This document shows positions 48,472-60,639 of a stretch of DNA of 64,000 nucleotides, piece after piece. The number at the start of each line of letters is the position of its first letter. Position 1 is the stretch's first letter. The position numbers and the translations under genes are program-made. Origin of the DNA: a bacterium (GTDB lineage Bacteria; Patescibacteriota; Minisyncoccia; Phycocordibacterales; Phycocordibacteraceae); assembly GCA_021849125.1 (NCBI GenBank), contig JAJZTG010000004.1, forward strand, positions 1,025 through 65,024. Reading direction: 5' to 3'. Under the pieces are notes generated by a model. The model saw only the letters and a program-made list of their open reading frames with translations. It was not told the DNA's origin and searched no databases.

Positions 48472-49677
48472 CTAAATGGACCCTGCGAGGTTGTAGATCG
48501 GGAGGAGGACGGCCGCAAGAAGCGTGCCTACGCCAAGACCGAGGAGCACGATCATGACCGGCTCGATGAGCCCGACGAGTGTATCGACAGCATTGGTCAC
48601 CTCACGATTGTAGAATTTCGCGAGCGTCGTGAGGATCTTTCCGAGCTCGCCGGTCTCCTCACCCACTTTCGTCATGGCCACCATGATTCCTGGGATCTCC
48701 GGGTGCTTCCCAAGCGCGTCAGAGATCGGCAAGCCGCCTTTCACGTCAGCAGCGACTGCGGTGAGCACTTGTTCATAAGCAACGTTGCCCACGACCGAGC
48801 TGGTGATATCGATAGCTTCCACCACCGAGATACCCGAGAGGAGCATGGTGGCGAAGTTGTCAGCGATACGCGAAAGGTAGAGCTTGGTATAGAGATCTCC
48901 CACATAGGGTACCGAGAGCTTCAGACGATCAAGAACGAGCTTGCCGTGCTCGGTCTTATGGAGTTGCCAGAGGTATGCAGCCCCCGCAACCAGCGCGATG
49001 AATATCAATATCCCGTATTGCACGAGGAAGTTCGAGAAACCGATGATGATGCTCGTATACACTGGGATAGCCTGGCCAGAGTCGAGTAGTACGGCGGTGA
49101 TCTTCGGAATAACGAGCGTGAGCATGAGACCCATCACGCCGAAGAAGACGGCAATAACAAACACCGGGTAGATGAGCGCATTCTCCGCCTTGGAGATGAC
49201 GTCGTAGGACCGGTCGAGATAGTCGGCAAGATACGTGAACGTATCGGAAAGCTTTCCCGACTCCTCGCCTGCGCGAACCATATTTACATAGAATGAAGAA
49301 AAGACCTGCGGATGGCGTGCGAGCGCCTTGCTGATCGGAATGCCGCCTTGGATATCGTCGCCCACGGCCGAAAGGACGTCTGCGAGATATTTGTTCTCAA
49401 TTTCGGCAGCGAGCAGACGGAAAACGCGGAGCGTCGATACCTGCGCTTCAAAAAGCGTCGCGATCTGGCGCGAAAGGATAACGATCTCGCGATTACTCAC
49501 CCGATGAAAGAACGGGAGGTCTTCAAAGAAGCTTTTCTTGGTCTCTGCGGATTCGATCGCCGAGATGATGAGGCTCCGACGTTGCAGCGCGGAGACGGCG
49601 ATATCCTGCGACGGGGCCTCGATAGTACCCTCTCGTTCGTGTCCATCCTGGTCTATAGCTCGGTAAGAGAAAAGCAT
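48472..49677 (-). CDS. pilC: Type IV pilus platform protein PilC (GspF family)
   Basis: 401 aa; duplicated T2SSF domains; polytopic. Confidence 0.85.
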   Translation of the reverse strand: MLFSYRAIDQDGHEREGTIEAPSQDIAVSALQRRSLIISAIESAETKKSFFEDLPFFHRVSNREIVILSRQIATLFEAQVSTLRVFRLLAAEIENKYLADVLSAVGDDIQGGIPISKALARHPQVFSSFYVNMVRAGEESGKLSDTFTYLADYLDRSYDVISKAENALIYPVFVIAVFFGVMGLMLTLVIPKITAVLLDSGQAIPVYTSIIIGFSNFLVQYGILIFIALVAGAAYLWQLHKTEHGKLVLDRLKLSVPYVGDLYTKLYLSRIADNFATMLLSGISVVEAIDITSSVVGNVAYEQVLTAVAADVKGGLPISDALGKHPEIPGIMVAMTKVGEETGELGKILTTLAKFYNREVTNAVDTLVGLIEPVMIVLLGLGVGTLLAAVLLPIYNLAGSI

Positions 49678-49683
49678 GGCGGA

Positions 49684-50745
49684 TTATAGATAGGCTTCGA
49701 AGGTCTTCGGTTCCATCGCATGCTCATAGGCGTGCTCGACCGTGACTTCCCCGCGTCGCACAAGCTCCGCGAGCGAACGGTCCATGTCGATCATGCCTTC
49801 CTGGGACGATGTCTGGACGACTGCGGTGATCTCATGCGTACGCGACTCGCGGATGAGAGTCGATATCGCGTTGTTATTGATGAGGAGCTCGTACGCCGGG
49901 ATAAGGCCCCCCGAAATACGCGGGACGAGGCGTTGCGAGAAGATGCCGCGCAAGCTTCCGGCAAGCTGCACGCGGACCTGATCTTGCTGTTCGGCCGGGA
50001 ACATGTCGATGATGCGGTCGATCGTCTGTGCCGCATTATTGGTGTGCAGGGTCGAGAAGACGAGGTGACCGGTCTCGGCTGCGGTCACGGCAGCCGAGAT
50101 CGTCTCGTAGTCGCGCATCTCCCCTACCATGATCACGTCGACGTCTTCGCGGAAAGCGCTTTGGAGTGCCGAGTGAAAATCCGGCGCATCGATATGCACC
50201 TCACGCTGATGGATGAGCGACTTCTTGGGCGCGAAGACATATTCGACCGGGTCCTCGATCGTAAGGATATGTTCTGAGCGCGTCTCGTTGATGCGGTCGA
50301 TCATCGCCGCGAGGGTGGTCGACTTACCCTGCCCGACCGGACCCACTACGAGGAAGAAGCCTTGGCTATGCTGTGTGAAAACCTCGAGTACGGGCGGCAG
50401 ATTAAGCTCGGCGAAGGTGCGGGTCGCATTCGGGATGAGTCGGAGCGCGAGCGCGACGGTCCCTTGCACGCGATATCCGTTCACGCGGAAGCGCGCGTCT
50501 TCCTTATGCGCGTATGAGAGATCGATCGCCTGATTCTTGAGGAACGTATCCCATCGCTCGGACGGCACGATGCTCTTCAGGATCGCCTCCGTCTGCTCCT
50601 TCGTGAGCACAGAGTGTTTCGTCACAGGAATGAGCGCGCCTGCTACGCGGATCATCGGCGTACCGCCTGCAAAGATATGCAAGTCGGAACCGCCTTGGCT
50701 GATAACCAGTTCGAGCAATTCTTCGAGGATCTTGTCGGGAGTCAT
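49684..50745 (-). CDS. pilT: Twitching-motility retraction ATPase PilT
   Basis: 353 aa; Walker A GPVGQGKST; Asp box; His box; AIRNLIRE-like LIRESRTHEI. Confidence 0.9.
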   Translation of the reverse strand: MTPDKILEELLELVISQGGSDLHIFAGGTPMIRVAGALIPVTKHSVLTKEQTEAILKSIVPSERWDTFLKNQAIDLSYAHKEDARFRVNGYRVQGTVALALRLIPNATRTFAELNLPPVLEVFTQHSQGFFLVVGPVGQGKSTTLAAMIDRINETRSEHILTIEDPVEYVFAPKKSLIHQREVHIDAPDFHSALQSAFREDVDVIMVGEMRDYETISAAVTAAETGHLVFSTLHTNNAAQTIDRIIDMFPAEQQDQVRVQLAGSLRGIFSQRLVPRISGGLIPAYELLINNNAISTLIRESRTHEITAVVQTSSQEGMIDMDRSLAELVRRGEVTVEHAYEHAMEPKTFEAYL

Positions 50746-50754
50746 AGGAAATGA

Positions 50755-51153
50755 TTATGGATGACCGGCTTCGCCCTTGATAATGCGTTCCGTCTCTGCG
50801 AGCACCTCGGAAGGGATAGCTGCCGCCTTGATGATGTAGCCGTCTACGGTGAGCTTTTTCGCTTCTTCGATATCCGAGTTCTGGCCCTGATTCGAAAGGA
50901 ATATGATCTTCGCTTCTTTCGCGAGATTTTCCTTCCGTATGGTCGCGACCGTCTCAAAGCCGGTCATGCCCGGCATGATGACATCGATCAGGATCGCATC
51001 AGGCATCACCGCGTCCTCTTTCCGAAGAGCGGCCAAGAGCTCTTCTCCTCCAGAAAATGAATGTATGTCATGCCCTGCGTTCTTGAATTTCACCGCATAG
51101 AGATCAAGCAGGAAACGGTCATCATCGACGAGATATATGCGGTAGGCCATCAC
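50755..51153 (-). CDS. CheY-like single-domain response regulator (PilH/PilG-like) embedded in the pilus operon
   Basis: 132-aa REC domain with acidic pocket DDD and phospho-acceptor D in ILIDVIMPGMTGFE. Confidence 0.8.
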   Translation of the reverse strand: MMAYRIYLVDDDRFLLDLYAVKFKNAGHDIHSFSGGEELLAALRKEDAVMPDAILIDVIMPGMTGFETVATIRKENLAKEAKIIFLSNQGQNSDIEEAKKLTVDGYIIKAAAIPSEVLAETERIIKGEAGHP

Positions 51154-51177
51154 TTTCAGTATACTACGCGCCTAGCA

Positions 51178-52959
<1,782 letters not shown>

Positions 52960-52961
52960 TC

Positions 52962-53267
52962 CTAATGGCCTGCGATGCTGCCCGCAAGCGGAGCGAAAGG
53001 ATCCGTACGACCAGAGGTCTCAGCCGCCACGGGAGTCGTAAGGTCGACAAGCGAAGTGAACTTCGTATCGGTAAAGATCGCGGTATTGAACGTGATGGGT
53101 TGTAGCTGGCTCACGAGCGCCTGGAATTGCGTCTGTGCGGCAGCACCGACAGACGAGGTGGACGTGAGTGGCGGCTGGTTCCCTTCACGAGATGAGAAGT
53201 ACCAATAACCTCCCGCGAAGATGACGAGCGTGGCGATGGAAAGCGAGATGGCGTTCGTTGATTTCAT
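52962..53267 (-). CDS. Small hypothetical membrane protein in the pilus operon
   Basis: One N-terminal TM helix; position between pilO and pilB. Confidence 0.4.
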   Translation of the reverse strand: MKSTNAISLSIATLVIFAGGYWYFSSREGNQPPLTSTSSVGAAAQTQFQALVSQLQPITFNTAIFTDTKFTSLVDLTTPVAAETSGRTDPFAPLAGSIAGH

Positions 53268-53275
53268 AGGTGATT

Positions 53276-53836
53276 TCAGCGCAACCAGTAAAGGCGCAAG
53301 GTCATCTGATAAATGTATACGCCCGTGTCCGAACCCTTCACGACCAGGTCGCGGATATCAAGCAGACGCGCGCTCTGTTCGATACCCTTCAGGAAGGTTT
53401 GGAGCGCAGGATACGTGCCAGTTGCAGAAAGAGAGAGGTCGACCGATCCTACCGGCGTAAGCGCAGCTGTCGGAAGGACGCCTGCATCAGGTGCGCGTGC
53501 GACATTTTTTGCGCTTGAAACGACGTCGATATTGGCAACCGAGAGACCGGCACGCGCCGCAAGCGCGTTCAGGTCGAGGATGAGACCCACGTTATCGACT
53601 GAGTCAGGCAAGAATCTGGTCAGAGCGGAAAGATCCGTCGGATCAATCGAATCTCGAGCGGACGCAAGTTGGTTCTGTTGCGTCGCATACTGCTTAGCCG
53701 CCTCAAGTGCTTGATCATCAGCCGCGATAGCAGCGCGAGCGGTAGCGATAGAGCCGGTCCAGGTCGGATTCACGTAGGCGAAAAAGATGACTACGGCAGC
53801 GATGAGGGCGATGATGGGAAGGATGCGGCTGTTCAT
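53276..53836 (-). CDS. pilO: PilO-like pilus assembly protein
   Basis: Single N-terminal TM helix + coiled-coil + periplasmic domain; gene order pilM-pilN-pilO. Confidence 0.5.
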   Translation of the reverse strand: MNSRILPIIALIAAVVIFFAYVNPTWTGSIATARAAIAADDQALEAAKQYATQQNQLASARDSIDPTDLSALTRFLPDSVDNVGLILDLNALAARAGLSVANIDVVSSAKNVARAPDAGVLPTAALTPVGSVDLSLSATGTYPALQTFLKGIEQSARLLDIRDLVVKGSDTGVYIYQMTLRLYWLR

Positions 53837-54468
53837 GGTATCGGGAGGGTCGTCGTACTTGAGACCGTGGTCGGGAACGTGGCCGTGTATGCCGAAGGCG
53901 TGTAGGCGGTAAGTCTCGGATCAAGAGCTGCCGAGAAGCTGAAAGACACGGAGTTATCCTTCGCGACGCTTATCTTCGAGAAGATGACGTCCTTGATACG
54001 TCCGTCAGAAGAGAATCCTGTCGAAGCGGCAGAGAGCGCGTTGAAACTTTTCGCAATGCCGGTTCCTTCAACCTTCGTCGCGACAGTGCCGTCAAAAGAT
54101 AGGTGTAATGTCGTGAACCGGACGCTCGCAGGGAGCAGCTTCTCAAGCGAAGAGAAGAAGTTCGAGTAAGCGACGTGACCGTCAAGGAGCGTCTGTCCGG
54201 CATTCAACCGGTCCCGTAAACGTACGAAACTGTTTACGGTCTCGGGGTCGATCGCTGCTTCCGTCTTCGCGAGTTCGGCCTCCTTGGCCGACTGCTGGGC
54301 AGAAAGGATGCGTCCATAAAAGAAGAGCCCGATCGCGAGCACGAATACGATACCGAGCACGACATACGCGAGGAGACTGAAGGTGCCGAGAAGATCAGCG
54401 CCTGGACGTTGCCGTGCCGACATCTCATGCGGCACGAACGAGGTAGGGATCGAAGGTATGAGCGCCAT
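53833..54468 (-). CDS. pilN: PilN-like pilus assembly protein
   Basis: Short cytoplasmic N-terminus, one TM helix, periplasmic domain; immediately downstream of pilM. Confidence 0.5.
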   Translation of the reverse strand: MALIPSIPTSFVPHEMSARQRPGADLLGTFSLLAYVVLGIVFVLAIGLFFYGRILSAQQSAKEAELAKTEAAIDPETVNSFVRLRDRLNAGQTLLDGHVAYSNFFSSLEKLLPASVRFTTLHLSFDGTVATKVEGTGIAKSFNALSAASTGFSSDGRIKDVIFSKISVAKDNSVSFSFSAALDPRLTAYTPSAYTATFPTTVSSTTTLPIP

Positions 54469-54526
54469 TTCATTCCTAAGTATACGCTACAGGAACGCGC
54501 GTGTGCGTTCTATACTGTGCAAAAGT

Positions 54527-55594
54527 CTAGATTTCTTCGAGCTTACGGAGCGCAAGACCGACCGCAACGGCGAACTCCGGGCCGATCTCCTCAAGCACCG
54601 GACGCATGAACGCAGGAGCTTCCGTTTTTGCGAATGGATCGGCAAGGCGAACATCGATCGAGAATGTTTTTTTCGCGTAGGCACCGAGCGATTTGGTCAC
54701 CCCGCCACCCCCGGTGAGCATGATCGAAGTGACGCTCTTATTATGCGAGGTCTCATATTGCGTGAGCACGCGACGTGCTTCGGAAAAGATACGCGAAAAG
54801 ACGAGTTCTGGGTGTCCCTGCGCCTCCTCCCCTTCTATACCTGCTTCCTTCTTCACGGCTTCCGCCCGCGTAAGCGATACGCCACTTGAAACCGCGATGG
54901 CACGCGTGATGTCCTGACTCCCCACCGCAACCGAGTGCGAAAGAGCGACGACGCCGCGTTCGACTACGTAGATCTTCGTCGAGGCTGCGCCGATATCCAA
55001 GACCATGACCGGGCGCAATGGCTCGTCGACAACCGCACGGATAGTGCTGAAGATCTCGATCTCGTAGAAACTTGCCGCGAGGCCGGCGCCAGAGACGACG
55101 TTCTGCAGAAGCGTAAGTTCGTCGTTGTGTACGGCAACGAGGAGTACGTCCACGGTATCCTTTTCCTTTTCCGACGGTTCCGTTTCGGGAATGATGAACC
55201 AGTCGAGCTGTACTTCGCTCATCGGCACCGGGATATACTTGCGCGCCTCGAGCTCGATGATCGTCTTTTGTTCTGCCTTATCCTTGCGATACGGGAGCGT
55301 GACGAGCGAGAGGAGCGAGCGTGCGAACGGGATCGATACACCACAGCCTTTCGCCGTAACCTTCGCTTCGCGCAGGAGATCTTTCAAGGTTTCGGTAATC
55401 TGCTCGGATGAGAGATTCGTCGCCTGCCCGACCTCGGCACCGCCGTAAGGACCGAGCGCGAGTTCGCCGTAGGTCTCAAGGATCGCTTTCCCGCCCTGCT
55501 TGCGCAGCTGGACGACCTTGAGCGAGGAGGAACCGATGTCGATGCCCAGAACGCTCTCGGGCTTCTTGGCAAACAACGAATCGAAAAACGACAT
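54527..55594 (-). CDS. pilM: Type IV pilus assembly ATPase-fold protein PilM (actin-like)
   Basis: LGIDIGSSSLKVVQL actin/FtsA-like phosphate-1 motif; start set at MSFFDS. Confidence 0.8.
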   Translation of the reverse strand: MSFFDSLFAKKPESVLGIDIGSSSLKVVQLRKQGGKAILETYGELALGPYGGAEVGQATNLSSEQITETLKDLLREAKVTAKGCGVSIPFARSLLSLVTLPYRKDKAEQKTIIELEARKYIPVPMSEVQLDWFIIPETEPSEKEKDTVDVLLVAVHNDELTLLQNVVSGAGLAASFYEIEIFSTIRAVVDEPLRPVMVLDIGAASTKIYVVERGVVALSHSVAVGSQDITRAIAVSSGVSLTRAEAVKKEAGIEGEEAQGHPELVFSRIFSEARRVLTQYETSHNKSVTSIMLTGGGGVTKSLGAYAKKTFSIDVRLADPFAKTEAPAFMRPVLEEIGPEFAVAVGLALRKLEEI

Positions 55595-55608
55595 GTCACA
55601 ATGATACC

Positions 55609-56229
55609 ATGCACCGCCTGCTCGACCTGCTCTTCCCGCCACGCGATGACGAACGCCTTATCCGCGACCTCGAGCCCGACGGGCTGTTTAGCGCGCTCTC
55701 TCCTCAACTCGTTCCAGCAACCCGACCAGGGACTGCTGTTCTCCTCCCTTTTCACGACCCTGTCGTACGCGCCGCGATACATGAAGCGAAATACCACGGC
55801 AGTGCGCGTGCTTCCAACCTCCTTGCTGTCGCGCTCGCCGAATACCTACGCGACGCCGACGAAAGCTCACGACACGTGGTGATCGTACCCGTACCGCTTG
55901 GAAACGTGCGGCGGCGGGAACGCGGTTTCAATCAGACTGAAGAAGTCATACTCCAGACCCTTCCCTTCCTTGAGGAGACCGGACGATTCACGATCGATGT
56001 AGAACTCCTCATGCGGGTACGGGAAACCGCTTCGCAGGTCTCGCTTCCTCGGCACGCTCGAGAAGAAAACATGCGTGGCGCCTTCGGCGCCACGCATGCG
56101 GCCGACCCTGCACACTTATATATAGTCCTCGACGATGTCGTTACGACTGGCGCCACCCTCCAGGCTGCCATCGACGCACTTACAGAAGCCGGCGCTAAAA
56201 ATATCCTGCCGCTCGCCCTCGCGCATTAA
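55609..56229 (+). CDS. comF: ComF-family competence protein (phosphoribosyltransferase domain)
   Basis: C-terminal PRTase motif IVLDDVVTTGATL; divergent from pilM. Confidence 0.75.
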   Translation: MHRLLDLLFPPRDDERLIRDLEPDGLFSALSPQLVPATRPGTAVLLPFHDPVVRAAIHEAKYHGSARASNLLAVALAEYLRDADESSRHVVIVPVPLGNVRRRERGFNQTEEVILQTLPFLEETGRFTIDVELLMRVRETASQVSLPRHAREENMRGAFGATHAADPAHLYIVLDDVVTTGATLQAAIDALTEAGAKNILPLALAH

Positions 56230-56250
56230 ATTTGGTATTCTCACAGTATT

Positions 56251-56343
56251 GGAGACGTGGCTGAGCTGGTCGAAGGCACCTCACTGCTAACGAGGCAGGG
56301 ATCTTAAAGTCCCTCGTGGGTTCGAATCCCACCGTCTCCGCCA
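56251..56343 (+). tRNA. tRNA-Ser (anticodon GCT), CCA encoded
   Basis: Class II tRNA: GGAGACG acceptor, 3-bp D-stem, anticodon loop CTGCTAA, long variable arm CAGGGATCTTAAAGTCCCT, GTGGG-TTCGAAT-CCCAC T-arm, GCCA end. Confidence 0.9.
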
Positions 56344-56622
56344 ATGTGCGCCGCACATTTGCGGGACGAGCAAATGCTCTCGAGCACTGCAAGTGGGATC
56401 CGAAGACCTTGTGAGCAGATTTTGCGAGCGAACGAAGCAGAATCTTCACAAGGTGTACTGACCCTGTATGCAGGGCATACTGCTTCTTCACTCGGCATTA
56501 AAGGATACTGAAATCAGCATCCTTTAATCCTCCCTCATTGCAGTAAGTTTCGAAAAGCGTAATCGTGATTCCACCGTCTCCTTATTTTCAAGAGTAAGGT
56601 GGTACCTGGAAACCAAAGCTAC

Positions 56623-57033
56623 CTATCGTGCGTTGACCTGGAAATTGTACATCCCCATACCACACACGCCTTGTATTTTCTGGCCCGACTGCGGCACACC
56701 AAGATCAATAACCTCTTCGCCCGTCGGTTGTAGTATCTTCTGAAATCCTGCTGAACGAATGACAAGCGCCGCTGAACAATCATAGGTGCCGCTCGTCTGT
56801 ACGATAAGCTTCGTAGGTATTCCCTCCTTTATTTCTGATACGCGTGGGAAATAACCGCCACGTGCAGTAATCGTGACATACTGCACACCGTCTCTGATTT
56901 CTACATTTTGAACTTGTTCCACGCCGGCAGATGATGAATCGTCTGAGACGGCATAGAACGCGATGCCTATGATGCTGAGGCTCAGGGCAACTGATAGAAT
57001 CGTGCTTTTTTGCATAAGATATAAACGATACAT
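56623..57033 (-). CDS. Small secreted cupredoxin-like/putative copper-binding protein
   Basis: N-terminal TM/signal segment, beta-rich domain with CGMGM; last gene of the csoR-copA operon; low certainty. Confidence 0.4.
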   Translation of the reverse strand: MYRLYLMQKSTILSVALSLSIIGIAFYAVSDDSSSAGVEQVQNVEIRDGVQYVTITARGGYFPRVSEIKEGIPTKLIVQTSGTYDCSAALVIRSAGFQKILQPTGEEVIDLGVPQSGQKIQGVCGMGMYNFQVNAR

Positions 57034-58037
57034 TAGATGCTAAACAAGGGCTCAATGACACCTAACCCGGCAAGTCCCGCGAGCAATGCGAATGCGCCAA
57101 GCCCGACCACCACCACCCCAGCTGATTTGAAAAATACCGGCGCATATTTCGATTGTGCAAACGATGCAGAACCAAAAGAGAGGAGCGCAAGCATCGGAAG
57201 CGTTCCAAGCGCGAATGCGAGCATAATGAACAACCCCGAGAGGAATGAACCGCTTGAGAGCGCGGCCACCTGCATCGCCTGAGTGAATCCGCACGGCAAG
57301 AAGAACGTCCCTGCACCAACGAGAAACGGCGTGATAGTCTGATGTTCGATCGTGCGGAAAAAACCGAACACACCTGCGGGAAGCGTTATTCGGCTCTTCT
57401 CAAGCACGCCTATCAGGTGAAGCCCGAGCAGTATCATTACGGATGAAGCGATGATGCCGAGTACCGCCGTAACGATAAAACTGATTCCAATCAACCCGCC
57501 AAGCGCACCAAGCACTCCTCCGAGGACGGCAAAACTCGCGAGCCGCCCTCCATGAAAAAGCATCATCGGCTTTATGTCGCTTACTTTGTCCTGAGAGATG
57601 GTCGCCGATAACGAGAGCACCAGTCCGCCGACTACTGCAAGACAGCTTGATACCGAGGCGACCAATCCGATAATGAAGCTAGTTGTCGGGGTGATTACTC
57701 CTCCCAATCCGAAATCCAGGATTCCTGATTTTTGAATGAAGAAAAAGAGCCCAAGGAACGCGAGTCCTATCGGCAAAGCCTGCCAGACGGCACCTCCATC
57801 TTTTTCACGCACCCCTTTTTCAAGCGAGAGACGATATCCGTTATCCTTTATTTTCTCGGTCAGCGTCTCGGCGAGTGCGCGATCATTCTCATCAAGAGAC
57901 GTCTCGACTGAAACGGTCTCTGTCTTCAAATCGACGTCTGCTCGAATGATACCGACGTGTTCACGTAACGCATCCTCGATAAAGATCTTGCATGACGGGC
58001 AGTGCGTGCCGGAGACATGGAAGGTAATAGTTTTCAT
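57033..58037 (-). CDS. HMA-domain metal-binding protein fused to a DsbD_2/TauE-like permease
   Basis: N-terminal VSGTHCPSCK heavy-metal-associated motif; 6-8 TM helices with conserved Cys pair (LPCGF). Confidence 0.6.
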   Translation of the reverse strand: MKTITFHVSGTHCPSCKIFIEDALREHVGIIRADVDLKTETVSVETSLDENDRALAETLTEKIKDNGYRLSLEKGVREKDGGAVWQALPIGLAFLGLFFFIQKSGILDFGLGGVITPTTSFIIGLVASVSSCLAVVGGLVLSLSATISQDKVSDIKPMMLFHGGRLASFAVLGGVLGALGGLIGISFIVTAVLGIIASSVMILLGLHLIGVLEKSRITLPAGVFGFFRTIEHQTITPFLVGAGTFFLPCGFTQAMQVAALSSGSFLSGLFIMLAFALGTLPMLALLSFGSASFAQSKYAPVFFKSAGVVVVGLGAFALLAGLAGLGVIEPLFSI

Positions 58038-58055
58038 ATATGAAGGTCGGTTTGC

Positions 58056-60350
58056 TTATAAGCGCTGCGCTTTGATCCTCAGCGAATTGGAGACGACCGA
58101 AACGCTTGAGAACGCCATCGCCATTCCAGCAAAGACCGGACTCAAGAGCCATCCGAAGATCGGGTAGAACAGCCCGGCAGCAAGCGGAATGCCGATGCTG
58201 TTGTAAATGAAAGCCCAGAACAGATTCTGCTTGATACCGCGCATCGTGAGTTTCGAGAGCTTAATGGCCTTCACCAGTTTAGAAAGGTCGCCGCCCAAAA
58301 GCGTGATGCCCGCGGATTCTATCGCGACATCGGTTCCCGTCCCCATCGCGATTCCGACGTTCGCTTGAGCGAGCGCTGGGGCATCGTTTACACCGTCACC
58401 AGCCATCGCAACAATCTTCCCTTGTCCTTGCAGTTCTTGTACCTTACGCAACTTGTCCTCCGGTAACACATGCGCGACAACTTCATCGATACCCACCAAT
58501 GAGGCCACATACTGGGCCGTCTTCTCTTCATCTCCAGTAAGCATCACTACCTTGATCCCGAGACGATGCAGGTCCGCGATTGCCTCCTTGGACTCTTTCT
58601 TGATTTCGTCAGCAACCGTAACGAATCCTAAGACTTCTTCTTTCGTTGCGAGGATAACCGGCGTTTTGCCCTGAGTAGTAAAGCGATCGATCGACGACCG
58701 GTCGAATGTCAGCCCGAGCTCATTGATGAGTTTCGCGTTTCCAGCGAAATATTCGACACCTTCGATCGTCCCTTTAATCCCCTTCCCTTGCATTCCTTCG
58801 AATTCCGAAACAACGTTGAAATTAATCTCCTTCTCCTCAGCATACATGCCGATCGCATGCGCGACAGGATGTTCCGACTTTTTCTCAAGCGAAGCCAAGA
58901 TCGTGACGAGCGCTCTTTCATTAAGGGCTGAAAGGCTTTGGATATCGGTGAGCATCGGTTTGCCGATGGTAACGGTTCCTGTCTTGTCTAGGATAACCGT
59001 GTCAATCTTATGCAGAGTCTCAAGCGTAGCTGCGTCTTTTACGAGAATGCCCTCTTTGGCTCCCTTCCCGATCCCGACAATGATAGCCGTCGGGGTTGCA
59101 AGCCCGAGTGCACAAGGACAAGCGATGACGAGCACGCCAACGAAAGAAACGAGCCCGAACGAAAGCGCCTGAGAAAACCCGAGTGTGCTCGTGCCGATAA
59201 GAAGCCAGGCACCGAGCGTGAGAAAAGCGATGACCAGCGTTGTGGGAACGAAAACGCTCGAGATCTTGTCTGCCAAGGCCTGGATGGGTGCACGGCTTCC
59301 TTGGGCCTCTTCGACCATCCTGATGATCTGCGCAAGAAGGGTCTCCGAACCGATCTTCGTGGCTTCGAATGTAAAAGTACCCGTGGTATTCATCGTTCCA
59401 GAGACGACCGCTCCGCCAATCCCTTTTTTGACCGGCATCGGCTCGCCAGTAACCATCGACTCGTCGACGAATGAAGATCCGTCGATAACGACCCCATCAA
59501 CAGGTATCCTTGCACCTGGCTTTACCACGACGTGGTCGCCATGCCGTACGTCAGCGATAGGGATATCTGTCTCTGTGCCGTCACGGATGACCAGCGCTGT
59601 CTTTGCCTGCAGATGCAGAAGCTTTTCGATAGCATCTCCAGTCCTTAGTTTTGATCGAGCTTCAAGATATTTCCCGAGCGCGATAAACGTGATGACGACG
59701 ATGGTCACGTCATAGTACGTGTGCTCGACGTTTATGAAAGGTCTCAATGTGTCCTCGAAGGCGCTTACGATGAAGCTGTACAGAAACGCGACTGAGGTTC
59801 CGATGCCTATGAGCGTATCCATATTCGCCTTACCGTATCGTGCGAAACGATAAACACCGAGGAGATATGGTTTGCCGACGACAAATAACGTATATGTCGC
59901 GAAGATTGGCAGAAGATGATGGAAAAATTCCTTGGGCGTGGTGCCCATCGCCGGCACCATCGCGTATTGCGCCGCTATATCCCAACCCATCACCAATATG
60001 CTGAAAATTGCTAAGGGGATCGCGGATATCACCTTTGATCTCAAGTCCGTGATTTCCATCAGTTTCTCATCTTTTGAGCGGCCCAAACCTGCATGAGCTG
60101 CATGTTCCTCCTCCGACATATTCATCATTTCGGCACCAGGCGGTACCCTGAGAGAATACCCGAGCGATTCGATATGCTTAGAAAGCTCGTGCGGACTGGT
60201 TTTTGAGGGGTCAAAAGAGACTTTCACCCGTTCTGTCCCGTAATTGACCTCGATCGCATGCACTCCCTCCGTTTTCTTCAAAGTCTTTTCGATGATGGAT
60301 GCACAGGAGGCACAGTGCATTCCTTTCACATCGTATGTCTGCGTACGCAT
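58056..60350 (-). CDS. copA: Copper-translocating P1B-type ATPase
   Basis: N-terminal HMA GMHCASC, TGE, CPC (ACPCALGLATP), DKTGT phosphorylation site, GDGVNDAP hinge; 764 aa. Confidence 0.9.
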   Translation of the reverse strand: MRTQTYDVKGMHCASCASIIEKTLKKTEGVHAIEVNYGTERVKVSFDPSKTSPHELSKHIESLGYSLRVPPGAEMMNMSEEEHAAHAGLGRSKDEKLMEITDLRSKVISAIPLAIFSILVMGWDIAAQYAMVPAMGTTPKEFFHHLLPIFATYTLFVVGKPYLLGVYRFARYGKANMDTLIGIGTSVAFLYSFIVSAFEDTLRPFINVEHTYYDVTIVVITFIALGKYLEARSKLRTGDAIEKLLHLQAKTALVIRDGTETDIPIADVRHGDHVVVKPGARIPVDGVVIDGSSFVDESMVTGEPMPVKKGIGGAVVSGTMNTTGTFTFEATKIGSETLLAQIIRMVEEAQGSRAPIQALADKISSVFVPTTLVIAFLTLGAWLLIGTSTLGFSQALSFGLVSFVGVLVIACPCALGLATPTAIIVGIGKGAKEGILVKDAATLETLHKIDTVILDKTGTVTIGKPMLTDIQSLSALNERALVTILASLEKKSEHPVAHAIGMYAEEKEINFNVVSEFEGMQGKGIKGTIEGVEYFAGNAKLINELGLTFDRSSIDRFTTQGKTPVILATKEEVLGFVTVADEIKKESKEAIADLHRLGIKVVMLTGDEEKTAQYVASLVGIDEVVAHVLPEDKLRKVQELQGQGKIVAMAGDGVNDAPALAQANVGIAMGTGTDVAIESAGITLLGGDLSKLVKAIKLSKLTMRGIKQNLFWAFIYNSIGIPLAAGLFYPIFGWLLSPVFAGMAMAFSSVSVVSNSLRIKAQRL

Positions 60351-60353
60351 ATA

Positions 60354-60638
60354 CTATTTTCTCTTCAGCTTATAGACTTTGATAATCTCTGCGCCTGCCT
60401 TCGCGACTTGACCGGCTTTCATCTGATGATGGACGCAGTGATTCAGGTGGTTTTCAAGAAGCATATCCTCGACGTTCGACAACCCTTGCTTCACGGCCGA
60501 GGTCTGAGTGATCACGTCTATGCAGTACGTGTCACTCTCGACCATCTTCTGGAGGCCGCGCACCTGTCCCTCGATGAGCTTGAGGCGGCGGATGACCTTC
60601 GCCTTGGCCTTGTCGTCCATGTATCGCATGGAGTCCAT
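60354..60638 (-). CDS. csoR: CsoR/RcnR-family copper-sensing transcriptional repressor
   Basis: RLKLIEGQVRGLQKMVESDTYCIDVITQ...HCV (Cys/His/Cys copper-ligand pattern); start may be the Met at 60620. Confidence 0.75.
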   Translation of the reverse strand: MDSMRYMDDKAKAKVIRRLKLIEGQVRGLQKMVESDTYCIDVITQTSAVKQGLSNVEDMLLENHLNHCVHHQMKAGQVAKAGAEIIKVYKLKRK

Positions 60639-60639
60639 T

